A stretch of DNA of 52,980 bases from a virus. Its lineage: Duplodnaviria; Caudoviricetes. Below, piece by piece: positions 25,769 to 35,341 of this stretch. Position numbers and translations under genes: made by a program. The stretch lies in IMG/VR virus record IMGVR_UViG_3300035562_000039, positions 1-52,980 of that record; one strand, given 5' to 3'. The notes beneath the pieces are model-generated. The model saw only the letters and a list, made by a program, of their open reading frames with translations, was not told where the DNA came from and did not search any database. Position 1 is the stretch's first letter; every line of letters begins with the position of its first letter.

Positions 25769-26896
25769 ATGGCTAAGCAAAAAATAACCGATGAGCAGCT
25801 AAAAGCTGAGCTTTCTGCTGGGATGACGTCAAGCCAAATCGCCAGAAAATATAGCGTCCATGTGCGCAGAGTGCAGGAGCGTAAAGCAGCCTTCGCCAAG
25901 AAAGGCTTTAGCCCCGAGCACGACATGGTTCACATGGTGCCGGATGGGTTTAAAGTTCGTGGTGTGTCGACGCTTTACGGTAAAGACGGAAAGAAATCTA
26001 CTCAGTGGGTTAAATCCTCAATCGACGCCGAGCGCCAGTTCGAGTTGATGCAGATTGCAGCGAAAGCCCTGGCCGAAGACCTGCCAAAGATAGAGCCGAC
26101 GACAGCACCAGAAATTGCAGATCAGCACTTACTCAACACTTACATCATCAGCGATTACCATCTCGGTATGTTGGCAGATGAAGACGAGTCTGGTGACGAT
26201 TGGGATATTAAAATAGCAGAAAGACTGCTAATGAAGTGGTTTAATGCCGCTATAGCGTTAGCACCCAATTCAAGCGAAGCAGTGTTATGCCTCCTTGGTG
26301 ACACATTGCACTTTGACGGTATGGAAGCCAAGACGCCAACAAGCGGCCACATACTAGATGCTGACAGCCGCTTCCACAAAGTGGTCGATGTGGCAATACG
26401 CATCATCAATATCGTTTGCCAGATGCTGCTGAAAAAGCACCAGAAGCTAAAGCTGATAATTGCTACCGGCAACCACGATATTGCATCAAGCGTGTGGCTG
26501 AGAGCAATGTTCGCGGCTCTTTACAGTAACGAGCCAAGAATGGAAGTAGACAAGAGCCCAGATAATTACCAGTGCGTGGAGTTTGGCAAGACAAGTTTGT
26601 TCTTCCATCACGCACACCGTGCCAACTTCGAACGGATGGAGCAGGTATTCGTTGCCAAGTTCCGCGAAGTGTTTGGCCGCACAAAATTCTCCTATGCCCA
26701 CTGCGGTCACCTTCACCATGCCAAGCTCAAAGAGAGCAACATGATGATTACTGAACAGCACCGCACATTAGCAGCCAAAGACGCGTATAGCAGCCAGGGA
26801 GGTTACATGTCCGGCCGAAGCGCCTCAGTCATAACCTACTCATCCGAGTACGGAGAGGTGTCACGCCTCACCATCTCGCCAGACATGCTGAAATAA
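25769..26896 (+). CDS. HTH + calcineurin-like metallophosphoesterase
   Basis: N-terminal HTH; SDYH, LGD..H.D, GNHD, HHAH, GHLHH. Confidence 0.88.
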   Translation: MAKQKITDEQLKAELSAGMTSSQIARKYSVHVRRVQERKAAFAKKGFSPEHDMVHMVPDGFKVRGVSTLYGKDGKKSTQWVKSSIDAERQFELMQIAAKALAEDLPKIEPTTAPEIADQHLLNTYIISDYHLGMLADEDESGDDWDIKIAERLLMKWFNAAIALAPNSSEAVLCLLGDTLHFDGMEAKTPTSGHILDADSRFHKVVDVAIRIINIVCQMLLKKHQKLKLIIATGNHDIASSVWLRAMFAALYSNEPRMEVDKSPDNYQCVEFGKTSLFFHHAHRANFERMEQVFVAKFREVFGRTKFSYAHCGHLHHAKLKESNMMITEQHRTLAAKDAYSSQGGYMSGRSASVITYSSEYGEVSRLTISPDMLK

Positions 26897-26916
26897 GCGA
26901 GTTAAGGAAATGGCCT

Positions 26917-27390
26917 ATGAAAAAGACCGTTATCTTTGATCTGGATGGAACGCTGGCTAATGGGGATCATCGGCTTCACTTGCTGCCAAGTCGTGAAATG
27001 GCACACACCACCAGTTCCTGGGATGCGTTTAATCTTGCCGCAAAAGACGATGCGCCAATCAGCAACAACATTGAATTGTGCCGAACTATGCATGCTGCAG
27101 GTTATCGAATCGTTATCCTGACCGGACGCTGTGATGTTGCGAAAAGAATAACAAAAGACTGGCTAGATTATCGTGTCGTACCTTATGACAAGCTGATAAT
27201 GCGCAAGGCCGGTGATAATCGCACCGACATCGAATTCAAGCGGGAAGCGGTAGGGAAACTAAAAAACATTCTATGCGCCTTTGACGACCTTGAACATATT
27301 GCCAAAGCAATGCGCTCATGGGGTATTACTTGTCATCTAGTCACTCACTATGAGCACGACCTTGTGCATGTGAGCAAGAACGTCAAATAA
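26917..27390 (+). CDS. HAD phosphatase (T4 PseT phosphatase-domain-like)
   Basis: VIFDLDGTLA, ILTGR, L.MR..GD.R.D..FK, AFDD. Confidence 0.88.
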   Translation: MKKTVIFDLDGTLANGDHRLHLLPSREMAHTTSSWDAFNLAAKDDAPISNNIELCRTMHAAGYRIVILTGRCDVAKRITKDWLDYRVVPYDKLIMRKAGDNRTDIEFKREAVGKLKNILCAFDDLEHIAKAMRSWGITCHLVTHYEHDLVHVSKNVK

Positions 27391-27394
27391 CCTC

Positions 27395-27631
27395 ATGGAG
27401 GCGCCTATGGATGAATACGAGTATCCAGACCGGGAAATCGAAAATCACCCACTCATAGGCACCAAGCTTGGCATCCGAGTTGAAAAGTTAGATTTGGACT
27501 GCGTTTTGAAAGTAGAAAGCGTCTGGATGGATGAAGAGGGTGACATTTTAGTTTATGGAATCGTCAGCCCACCCGTTAACGGATTAGATCACCTCGAATC
27601 CCCAATTGAATACACCAACACCATTCACTAA
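27395..27631 (+). CDS. Small acidic hypothetical protein
   Basis: GGAGG before ATG 27407. Confidence 0.6.
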   Translation: MEAPMDEYEYPDREIENHPLIGTKLGIRVEKLDLDCVLKVESVWMDEEGDILVYGIVSPPVNGLDHLESPIEYTNTIH

Positions 27632-27632
27632 T

Positions 27633-27780
27633 GTGTCGCGCCGTCACTGGAACGCTATCTGTTAGCTATGACATGCAACCTTCTCAAGCATCGAGTGCAG
27701 ATAGATTGTAAAACGACGAATGCCCCGCCGTTACTTCGGTCATAGCGGCGGTCGCAAGCCGTGGCAGCAAATTGCGACAC
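27633..27780 (+). ncRNA. Candidate structured RNA with possible pseudoknot
   Basis: Closing stem GTGTCGC/GCGACAC; CTATCTG/CAGATAG crossed by GCTATGAC/GTCATAGC. Confidence 0.4.
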
Positions 27781-27803
27781 CAATTCAACTAGAGGTACTC
27801 ATT

Positions 27804-28007
27804 GTGATGACACTGTCAGTCGGCGTGAACGTTAAAATGCCAACATACGAAGAAATGGATCAGATAGCTGTGGATGTTCAATCTTCCCACGCCGGTGAGA
27901 AGCTCACTATTGAAAACGCTATTGGGCTCACTGAAGAGATCAAGCAGGCCATTTCTGGTCGGATGGAGTTGTACTTAACCGACCATAGCGGTCGCCGTAT
28001 AGCTTAA
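27804..28007 (+). CDS. Hypothetical protein
   Basis: GAGG RBS before GTG/ATG; 3' part of the track ORF 27720-28007. Confidence 0.5.
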   Translation: MMTLSVGVNVKMPTYEEMDQIAVDVQSSHAGEKLTIENAIGLTEEIKQAISGRMELYLTDHSGRRIA

Positions 28008-28066
28008 CGCGCATTACAAAAGCCATTCAACCGAGTGGTTTTGATAATGATAGGTGAGGAATAGAT

Positions 28067-28540
28067 ATGACGACCATAGCATGGGATGGCTCAACACTAG
28101 CAGCCGATAGTCAATCAACCTCCGGCGATGTGATTTGCTCACTCAAAGAAAAGAAAATATACCAGCCCAGTGAATCTGGAACCTGGACAGTCAATGGCGA
28201 AACAGTTTGGGCTATTGGGTGCTCGGGAGATTGCGGCGCTGAGGAAGAGTTGCAAGCCATCATGGAAACTGGACTTAATTACGCAACACAGTTCCTACCT
28301 ACATTCAGCTTCACCGCTTTAGCCATCGTGGGTAAAGAAAGGGCCTTTATCATTTCCAAAGACAAGGGAGAGGATAGGGCATCCATATCACTGCAGCTTG
28401 ATCCCTATGCCATAGGCTCCGGGAGCATGATAGCTAGAGCGGCCATGAGATGCGGCAAAAGTGCAATAGAAGCAGTCCACGTCGCAATCGAAATGGACGT
28501 TTACAGTGGCGGAATGGTTGACTACATCAAACAGGATTAA
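28067..28540 (+). CDS. Proteasome-beta/HslV-like Ntn hydrolase
   Basis: MTTIA......AADSQ.T, AIGSG...A, A...D.YSGG. Confidence 0.82.
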   Translation: MTTIAWDGSTLAADSQSTSGDVICSLKEKKIYQPSESGTWTVNGETVWAIGCSGDCGAEEELQAIMETGLNYATQFLPTFSFTALAIVGKERAFIISKDKGEDRASISLQLDPYAIGSGSMIARAAMRCGKSAIEAVHVAIEMDVYSGGMVDYIKQD

Positions 28541-28543
28541 CAA

Positions 28544-29062
28544 ATGACCAAACCAGATTGGGAGGCCATCGAGTCGACTTACCGGGCTGGTTCGCTGTCT
28601 ATCCGTGCAATTGCAGAAAAGCATGGCGTTAGCGATACCGCCATCCGTAAAAGAGCAACTATTCACAACTGGCAGCGTGACCTTACTGAGAGGGTAAAGC
28701 ACGCCACCAAAATGAAGCTTGTTCGCACAGAGGTTCGCAATGATGGTTCGCAATCAAAGGCGCGAACTGATGCGGAGATAATTGAAGAGGCCTCTGACGC
28801 AACCACTGAATTGGTGCTCAGCCATAGGGAAGGCCTAGCTGGTTGGCGGAAGATAACTAACAAGCTACGTGAGTTTGTTGAAGACACTGATATCACCTCA
28901 GAAAACCACGCATCCATGGCTCGCACTATAGCTGCAGGTGTTGATGCTCAAATTAAAGTCATCACCGCCGAGCGCAAGGCCTACAACCTCGACACCGATG
29001 AAGGCAATAAAGTCGTAGATGACCTATCTAACTTAATGGATTCCTTGTCTCAGGGGGCCTAA
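28544..29062 (+). CDS. Terminase small subunit
   Basis: PDWEAIE..YRAG.LSIRAIA.KHGVS..AIRKRA HTH; precedes terL. Confidence 0.85.
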   Translation: MTKPDWEAIESTYRAGSLSIRAIAEKHGVSDTAIRKRATIHNWQRDLTERVKHATKMKLVRTEVRNDGSQSKARTDAEIIEEASDATTELVLSHREGLAGWRKITNKLREFVEDTDITSENHASMARTIAAGVDAQIKVITAERKAYNLDTDEGNKVVDDLSNLMDSLSQGA

Positions 29063-30546
29063 TGAAACCTGAGCATCTAAAGCTGCTAGCCGACAAAGAC
29101 TGGCGGCTGAATAATTTGTATTGGATCACCGACAAGGAAGGTAAGCCGTTACGCTTCAGGATGACGCCTGAGCAACGCGAGTATTTCGAAGGTATCCATA
29201 CACGCAATATCATTCTTAAGGCTCGTCAGCTCGGCTTCACGACCGAGGTTTGCATAATTCAGTTGGACGCCGCCTTATTCGAATCTGCCAAGTGCGCGCT
29301 TATTGCCCATACATTGAACGATGCCAAGCGCCTGTTCCGCGAAAAGGTAAAATACGCATACGACAAGCTGCCAAGCGAAATTAAAGCCGCTAACCCTGCA
29401 AGCAATGACTCTGCCGGTGAGCTGGTATTCAAGAAAGGCGGCTCACTTTACGTCAGCACATCTTTCCGTGGGGGCACGCTGCGTTACCTGCACGTTTCAG
29501 AGTTCGGCAAGATATGCGCCAAGTATCCAGACAAGGCCCGTGAGATTGTCACAGGCGCATTTGAGGCAGTATCAACTGGATGCTTTGCCACTATCGAGAG
29601 TACCGCCGAGGGTCGCGCTGGTTACTTCTTCGATTATTGCCAGTCCGCTGAAAAAATGCAGCTTCAAGGGAAAAAATTATCCGCCCTGGATTGGAAGTTC
29701 TTCTTCTTCTCCTGGTGGAAAAACCCGCTCTATGCAATAGACCCCGTAGATGTATTGCCTCAACGGCTAGTTGATTACTTAGCAGAGCTGCAAGCTAAGC
29801 ATGAAATCTCTCTCAACGAGCGGCAGAAGGCCTGGTATTACGCCAAAGAGAAAACACTTGGCGATGATATGAAGCGGGAGTATCCATCCATCCCTGCGGA
29901 GGCATTCCAGCAGTCAGTCGAGGGGGCGTATTACGCCAAACAGTTCCGCTGGCTTTACACCAACAAACGCATTGGCACGCTGCCTGATAACTCACACCTA
30001 CCCGTTCATACGTTCTGGGATATCGGCGTAGGTGACTCAACAGCTATCTGGTTCGTGCGTGAGGTTGGAGAAGAGTTCCATATCATCGACTACTACGAAA
30101 ATTCTGGTGAAGGTCTGCGCCACTATATGAAAACCCTGAAAGACAGAGGTTATCAGTATGGTGAGCACTACGGGCCACATGACATCGAAAACCGGGAATT
30201 CGGATCTGATGCCAAATCTCGTAAAGAGCTTGCTCGCGAAGGGTACGAAATCGACGGGCAGATTTACTCAATGACTTTTAAAGTAGTGCCGAAAGTCGGT
30301 GTAGATACCGGGATAGAGTCAGTGCGTGAAATATTGCCACGATGCGTTTTTGATGAGGATAAGTGCTCAGAAGGCATATCCCACCTAGAAGGCTATCGGA
30401 AAGAGTGGGACGAAAAGCACGGCTGTTGGAAAGACAAGCCACTACATGACTTCACATCGCATGGTGCTGACGGATTCCGTTACTTCGCTGCTGCGAAAAA
30501 CAACAAGAAGAAATTCAAAACGAGTGTTAGACCATTCTCTGCATAA
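29062..30546 (+). CDS. Terminase large subunit
   Basis: ILKARQLGFTT, LHVSEFG, ESTAEG, WDIG..DSTAIW, SHGADGFRY. Confidence 0.95.
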   Translation: MKPEHLKLLADKDWRLNNLYWITDKEGKPLRFRMTPEQREYFEGIHTRNIILKARQLGFTTEVCIIQLDAALFESAKCALIAHTLNDAKRLFREKVKYAYDKLPSEIKAANPASNDSAGELVFKKGGSLYVSTSFRGGTLRYLHVSEFGKICAKYPDKAREIVTGAFEAVSTGCFATIESTAEGRAGYFFDYCQSAEKMQLQGKKLSALDWKFFFFSWWKNPLYAIDPVDVLPQRLVDYLAELQAKHEISLNERQKAWYYAKEKTLGDDMKREYPSIPAEAFQQSVEGAYYAKQFRWLYTNKRIGTLPDNSHLPVHTFWDIGVGDSTAIWFVREVGEEFHIIDYYENSGEGLRHYMKTLKDRGYQYGEHYGPHDIENREFGSDAKSRKELAREGYEIDGQIYSMTFKVVPKVGVDTGIESVREILPRCVFDEDKCSEGISHLEGYRKEWDEKHGCWKDKPLHDFTSHGADGFRYFAAAKNNKKKFKTSVRPFSA

Positions 30547-30558
30547 CTGGACATAAAA

Positions 30559-31956
30559 ATGACTGATGACGTTCGCAAAAGGTCAGCAAAAATCGAGGCC
30601 ATCGCCGAATGCTGGCCGATGATTACTGCCCTGTTGGGCGGCACAGAAGAAATGAGAGAGGCTGGCAAAACATATCTACCTCAGTGGCCAAACGAAGACG
30701 GTGGTTATTACAAGAAGCGCCTGGATACCGCGACATTGTTTCCGGCATTCCCGCGCACGGTAGATGTGCTGAGTGGTAAGCCATTTTCCCGTCCTGTAAC
30801 ATGGGCAGAAGATGTACCAGCTCGCATCCAGGGATTCTTCGAAGACATCGACATGCAGGGTACTAACCTACACAGCTTCCTGGCAGATGTTTGTGAGGAG
30901 GCGATGGGGTACGGCATCTGTGGCCTGCTTGTTGACTACCCGCCAGTCAGTGGGCCAAAAACTGTTGCCGAAGAAAAGGCATCTGGCGTGCGTCCGTACT
31001 GGGTAAAAATCTGCGCTGACAGTTTGCTCGATTATAAGTCTCAGCGGGTAAATGGCCGCGAGACATTCACACAGCTTCGATTCCTTGAATGTGTGACAGA
31101 CGAAGAGAAAAGCACAGAGTTTAACGAAGTAATGGTCGAACAAGTTCGCGTGCTGGATATCGGCAAATGGCGTACTTACCGGCAGAAAAAAGATGAGACG
31201 ACCGGCGAAACAAAATGGGTTCTTCACGACGAAGGCGTAACCACACTGCAGAAAATCCCATTCGTACCGGTGTATGGCAATCGCAAGGGGTTCATGCGCT
31301 CGTCACCACCTTTGGTCGAGCTTGCCTACATGAATGTCGAACATTGGCAATCCAAGAGCGACCAGCAGACCATTCTGCATGTAGCCAGGGTGCCGATTCT
31401 TTTCGGTAGAAATCTTGGGGAAGGCCCAATAACAGTTGGAAGCGCAGCGGCCATCACCTCTGATGCTGAAAACGCCGACCTGAAGTATGTAGAGCACACA
31501 GGTAAGGCTATCGAAGCGGGGCGAAATGACCTGCTAGACCTTGAAGACAAGATGCGTCAAATCGGCGCTGAGCTGCTCGTCATTAAGCCGGGCCGCGTTA
31601 CTGTTGCCCAGACCATGGCAGAAGACGAAGCTGGCACCTGCGCATTGCAGCGAATCGTTCAAGATATGGAGGACGCTGTCGATCAGGCCCTCCAATTGAC
31701 AGCTGAGTGGATTAAGGAACCGAAGGGCGGTCATGTGACCATCTTCAACGACTTCGGTGCCACATCTCTGGCCGAAGCCTCCGCTCAATTGCTGCTCGAC
31801 GCTAACGTTGCCGGTGCCATCTCCACTGAAACGCTATTCAACGAATTGCAGCGCCGTGGCTACGTTAAGGACGGCATTAAGTGGGAAGAGGAACAGCTGC
31901 GACTCAAGTCTCAGCCTCCGCGCCCAGATAAAACACAGACAACGCTCGTCGGATAA
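30559..31956 (+). CDS. Portal protein (DUF4055-like)
   Basis: GGT..MR.AG..YLP..P.E....Y..RL; position after terL. Confidence 0.88.
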   Translation: MTDDVRKRSAKIEAIAECWPMITALLGGTEEMREAGKTYLPQWPNEDGGYYKKRLDTATLFPAFPRTVDVLSGKPFSRPVTWAEDVPARIQGFFEDIDMQGTNLHSFLADVCEEAMGYGICGLLVDYPPVSGPKTVAEEKASGVRPYWVKICADSLLDYKSQRVNGRETFTQLRFLECVTDEEKSTEFNEVMVEQVRVLDIGKWRTYRQKKDETTGETKWVLHDEGVTTLQKIPFVPVYGNRKGFMRSSPPLVELAYMNVEHWQSKSDQQTILHVARVPILFGRNLGEGPITVGSAAAITSDAENADLKYVEHTGKAIEAGRNDLLDLEDKMRQIGAELLVIKPGRVTVAQTMAEDEAGTCALQRIVQDMEDAVDQALQLTAEWIKEPKGGHVTIFNDFGATSLAEASAQLLLDANVAGAISTETLFNELQRRGYVKDGIKWEEEQLRLKSQPPRPDKTQTTLVG

Positions 31957-31974
31957 CCGGCAAGCATTCACACC

Positions 31975-32004
31975 AAGCCTCGGTTAATCACCGGGGCTTT
32001 TTTT
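31975..32004 (+). terminator. Terminator after portal
   Basis: AAGCCTCGGT-TAATC-ACCGGGGCTTTTTTT. Confidence 0.75.
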
Positions 32005-32014
32005 ATGGCTGAAA

Positions 32015-32071
32015 TCTGCGGATGCAGAGCAGCGCGCCGGGCCGGATGGCTCAATACAAGGTTGGATGACC
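32015..32071 (+). promoter_or_regulatory. Three GGAT-loop hairpins in the scaffold leader
   Basis: TCTGC-GGAT-GCAGA, GGGCC-GGAT-GGCTC, GGTT-GGAT-GACC (last one at the SD position). Confidence 0.6.
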
Positions 32072-32075
32072 AAGC

Positions 32076-32831
32076 ATGAAACTCAAACTCGATGAGAACG
32101 GCCACGTAGTGGTAACTGATGGCAAGCCTGTCTATGTGCATGACGATGGCAAGGAGATCGCCTTTGATGCAGTTGGCACAGTAGCAACAATTTCACGGTT
32201 GAACGGTGAGGCTAAATCACACCGCGAACGCGCAGAAACTGCTGAGACTGGACTGAAGGCATTTGAGGGTATCACTGACGCTAAAGAGGCACTTAAAGCA
32301 CTCGACGTCCTGAAAAATCTCGACGCAAAAAAACTGGTGGATGCCGGTGAAGTAGACAAGGTGCGCCAAGAAGCCATTAAGGCCATTGAAGATAAGTATG
32401 CACCAGTCCTGAAAGAGCGCGATGCACTGCAGGCCGCTTTGGTTAATGAGAAGGTCGGCGGAAGTTTCGCTCGCTCTCAATTCATTAACGAGAAGCTGGC
32501 TATCCCTGCCGACTTCGTACAAGCGCGGTTCGGTTACGCCTTCAAACTCGAAGGTGAGCAGGTCGTCGCATACGACAAGGCCGGTAACAAACTCTTCAGC
32601 CGCAGCAATCCTGGCGAAGTCGCCAAGTTTGATGAGGCACTCGAAATTCTCGTCGAAAGCTACCCATACAAAGACAAAATCCTCAAAGGTTCCGACGCTT
32701 CTGGCGGTGGTTCTGGCGGTGGTGGCGGCAATGGCGGTGGTAGCAAATCAATTCCTCGCGCCAAGTTCGAATCTCTCCCTGCTTCACAGCAGATGGAGCA
32801 TGTGAAGGCTGGCGGACAAATCATCGATTAA
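32076..32831 (+). CDS. Capsid scaffolding protein
   Basis: Coiled coil, Gly-rich linker and short C-terminal domain; precedes the capsid gene. Confidence 0.8.
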   Translation: MKLKLDENGHVVVTDGKPVYVHDDGKEIAFDAVGTVATISRLNGEAKSHRERAETAETGLKAFEGITDAKEALKALDVLKNLDAKKLVDAGEVDKVRQEAIKAIEDKYAPVLKERDALQAALVNEKVGGSFARSQFINEKLAIPADFVQARFGYAFKLEGEQVVAYDKAGNKLFSRSNPGEVAKFDEALEILVESYPYKDKILKGSDASGGGSGGGGGNGGGSKSIPRAKFESLPASQQMEHVKAGGQIID

Positions 32832-32846
32832 TAGGAAATTATTTAA

Positions 32847-33971
32847 ATGGCTAACACCTTAACCAGCCTGGTGCCCGACCTGTACGAATCGCTCGACATC
32901 GTTTCTCGCGAACTGTCAGGCTTTATTCCATCCGTTACTTTGGATGCTTCCGCAGAACGCGCGGCGCTGAACCAAGCAATCCGCATTCCGATTACCCCAG
33001 CATCCGCTGCTGAAAACGTCTCACCTGGCCAGTTGCCACCTGATGACGGTGATCAGTCAATCGCTAACACCCCATTCACCATCACCAAGTCTCGCATGGT
33101 TCCGTTCCGCTGGACTGGTGAAGAGCAGAAAGGGGTTAACACCGGCCCTGGCTATGCGAACATTCGTCGCGACCAGATCACTCAAGCTATGCGTACTCTG
33201 GTTAACGAAATCGAGGTTGATTTGGGCAACCTGGCATACCTGTCCTCCCGCGCTTCTGGTACTGCAGGCACCACTCCGTTTGCTACCAATTTGGGCGATA
33301 CTGCTCAGGTTCGTAAAATCCTGGCGGATAACGGTGCGCCAATGAGTGATTTGCAGTGTGTTATCGACACTACTTCTGGTGCCTCACTGCGTACTCTGGC
33401 TCAGTTAACCAAAGCTAACGAAGCAGGCACTATCGCATTGCGTTCTCAGGGTACTTTGCTGGAACTGCACGGCTTCACTCTGCGTGAATCTGCCGGTGTT
33501 GCATTGCACACCCCAGGCACCGGCGCAAGCTATGTCACCAACGGCAACCTAGCGGTGGGCGTAACCACCATTCCAGCACAAACCGGTACCGGCACAATCG
33601 TTGCTGGCGATGTGGTTACCATTGGTAACTTCAAATACGTAGTCACCACTGCGCTGTCAGGCGGTTCATTCACAATCGGCGCTCCTGGTCTGCGTGCTGC
33701 AGTTACCTCTGGCTCGACCATCACAGTCGCAAGCGCGTTTACTGCTAACTTTGCATTCAGCCGCTCTTCTATCGTATTGGCAACTCGCGCCCCAGCAACG
33801 CCTGAAGAGGGTGATATGGCCGATGATAGCATCATGCTGACAGATCCTCGTTCAGGGCTTTCGTTTGAGGTTTCCATGTACAAACAATACCGCCGTGTTC
33901 GCTACGAGATTGCCATTGCATGGGGCTGCCAAAACATCAAACCTGCACACACCGCCATGTTGCTTGGGTAA
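32847..33971 (+). CDS. Major capsid protein (P22 coat-like)
   Basis: MANTLT.L.P...DIVSREL.GFIP.V; C-terminal AWG...IKP.H; size and position. Confidence 0.88.
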   Translation: MANTLTSLVPDLYESLDIVSRELSGFIPSVTLDASAERAALNQAIRIPITPASAAENVSPGQLPPDDGDQSIANTPFTITKSRMVPFRWTGEEQKGVNTGPGYANIRRDQITQAMRTLVNEIEVDLGNLAYLSSRASGTAGTTPFATNLGDTAQVRKILADNGAPMSDLQCVIDTTSGASLRTLAQLTKANEAGTIALRSQGTLLELHGFTLRESAGVALHTPGTGASYVTNGNLAVGVTTIPAQTGTGTIVAGDVVTIGNFKYVVTTALSGGSFTIGAPGLRAAVTSGSTITVASAFTANFAFSRSSIVLATRAPATPEEGDMADDSIMLTDPRSGLSFEVSMYKQYRRVRYEIAIAWGCQNIKPAHTAMLLG

Positions 33972-34030
33972 TGGGCGATAAGCTTCTTAAAGTAAAATAA
34001 TAAGGGGTTTCGGCCCCTTATTTTCTGGAG

Positions 34031-34294
34031 ATGAAAATGGCCGGACTCACCAAAGAACAACGAACTGCACGCGATAACGAAAAGCTTGAGCAGAATGATG
34101 AACTTCAAACTAATGCTGTTGAGCAAGAGCAAGAGCAAGAGCAAGAGCAAGAGCAAGAGCAAGAGCAAGAAATTAAATTCGTAACGATGGTTAGGGATAG
34201 TGACGAATACCCTGAGCCACACGTTGCACAAGTGCACCCGGATGAGGTGGTGAATTACTATTCCGGTGGTTGGGTTGAAGAAGAAAGCGAATAG
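34031..34294 (+). CDS. Small acidic head-region protein with an (EQ)8 tract
   Basis: GGAG RBS; VHPDEV.NY..GGW C-terminus. Confidence 0.75.
   Translation: MKMAGLTKEQRTARDNEKLEQNDELQTNAVEQEQEQEQEQEQEQEQEIKFVTMVRDSDEYPEPHVAQVHPDEVVNYYSGGWVEEESE
34121..34170 (+). repeat. (GAGCAA)8 tandem repeat
   Basis: Eight perfect hexamers plus GA. Confidence 0.97.
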
Positions 34295-34301
34295 GTGAAA
34301 G

Positions 34302-34694
34302 ATGCTTACCGATCAGCAATTATCAGACGTCCGACGTTACGCGGGCTATCCAATGCTTGGCGATTCAATTGCTGACAGTAGCCGCGATTTCGCCTATGGC
34401 TGGGTATCTCCTGGTACCTGGCAAACACTGCAACACCGACTAACATCACTCAGACCTGAAGAAGAGGTGACGCTTCTTAGTTACCTTTCAAAAATTAGCA
34501 CGTTAGAAGAGGCTGTTACTGATTCCAGCGACAACCTGGACACTGATCAGGCCGCAGTCTGGTACCACAACAAAAACGAAGTATCAGACCGCATGAAGCT
34601 CTACAACTTGTGGCGTCGGGAGATGTGCGGATTTATCGGCATTCCTCCCGGCCCGGCGCTTGGTGTTGGTGGCAGTCAAATAGTCAGAGGGTGA
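34302..34694 (+). CDS. Putative head-tail adaptor
   Basis: Position and size. Confidence 0.55.
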   Translation: MLTDQQLSDVRRYAGYPMLGDSIADSSRDFAYGWVSPGTWQTLQHRLTSLRPEEEVTLLSYLSKISTLEEAVTDSSDNLDTDQAAVWYHNKNEVSDRMKLYNLWRREMCGFIGIPPGPALGVGGSQIVRG

Positions 34695-34695
34695 C

Positions 34696-35340
34696 ATGAA
34701 CGGAACAAAGTTAAACACCCTTGTCTACAAAGGTTATGCGAAAGCCGCAACAAAAATCGGCACGCCTTATCAGCATTACAGGCCATTATCGGCGACCAAT
34801 CCATTGGCATCTGGGAACCGACTGGCTGATATGCCAGTTAGCCTTAACGCCAATGACCCGCAATATTCTCGGCCAAACATGTACGGGAAGGCAACGTGGT
34901 ATGCCGTTGCAGATGGATCGCAACTTCAGGTTGGTGATTATATCGTTGGTATCGAGGGAACATTATTTGTAGCCGCACTCCAGCAGTTGCTCCCGATTTA
35001 CATGGTCGACTGTAATCGCACCATTTCAATATTGCGGCCGCAAATAGGGTTGAGTGTTGGTGCACTTCCTTACAGTGGAGACACGCAAGGGAATGAGGTC
35101 ATGCTAATGCAATCGTGGCCCGCCAGCGTCCTCCAGGGTTCGAAGGGTGAGAAGAACGAGACCAATCTACCGGGTGACGTTAAGACACCGTGGTGGGCTG
35201 TTTTAGTGCCTTATTTCCCAGGTGTAACTCTTCAGACTAGCGACGTCATTGTTGATGACCTCGGCCGCCGAATGATAATTTCCGGCGCTGAGCTTACCGA
35301 TTTGGGTTGGCGCATGACCTGCATGCAAGCGACGGTGTGA
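34696..35340 (+). CDS. Putative neck/head-closure protein
   Basis: Position. Confidence 0.5.
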   Translation: MNGTKLNTLVYKGYAKAATKIGTPYQHYRPLSATNPLASGNRLADMPVSLNANDPQYSRPNMYGKATWYAVADGSQLQVGDYIVGIEGTLFVAALQQLLPIYMVDCNRTISILRPQIGLSVGALPYSGDTQGNEVMLMQSWPASVLQGSKGEKNETNLPGDVKTPWWAVLVPYFPGVTLQTSDVIVDDLGRRMIISGAELTDLGWRMTCMQATV

Positions 35341-35341
35341 T

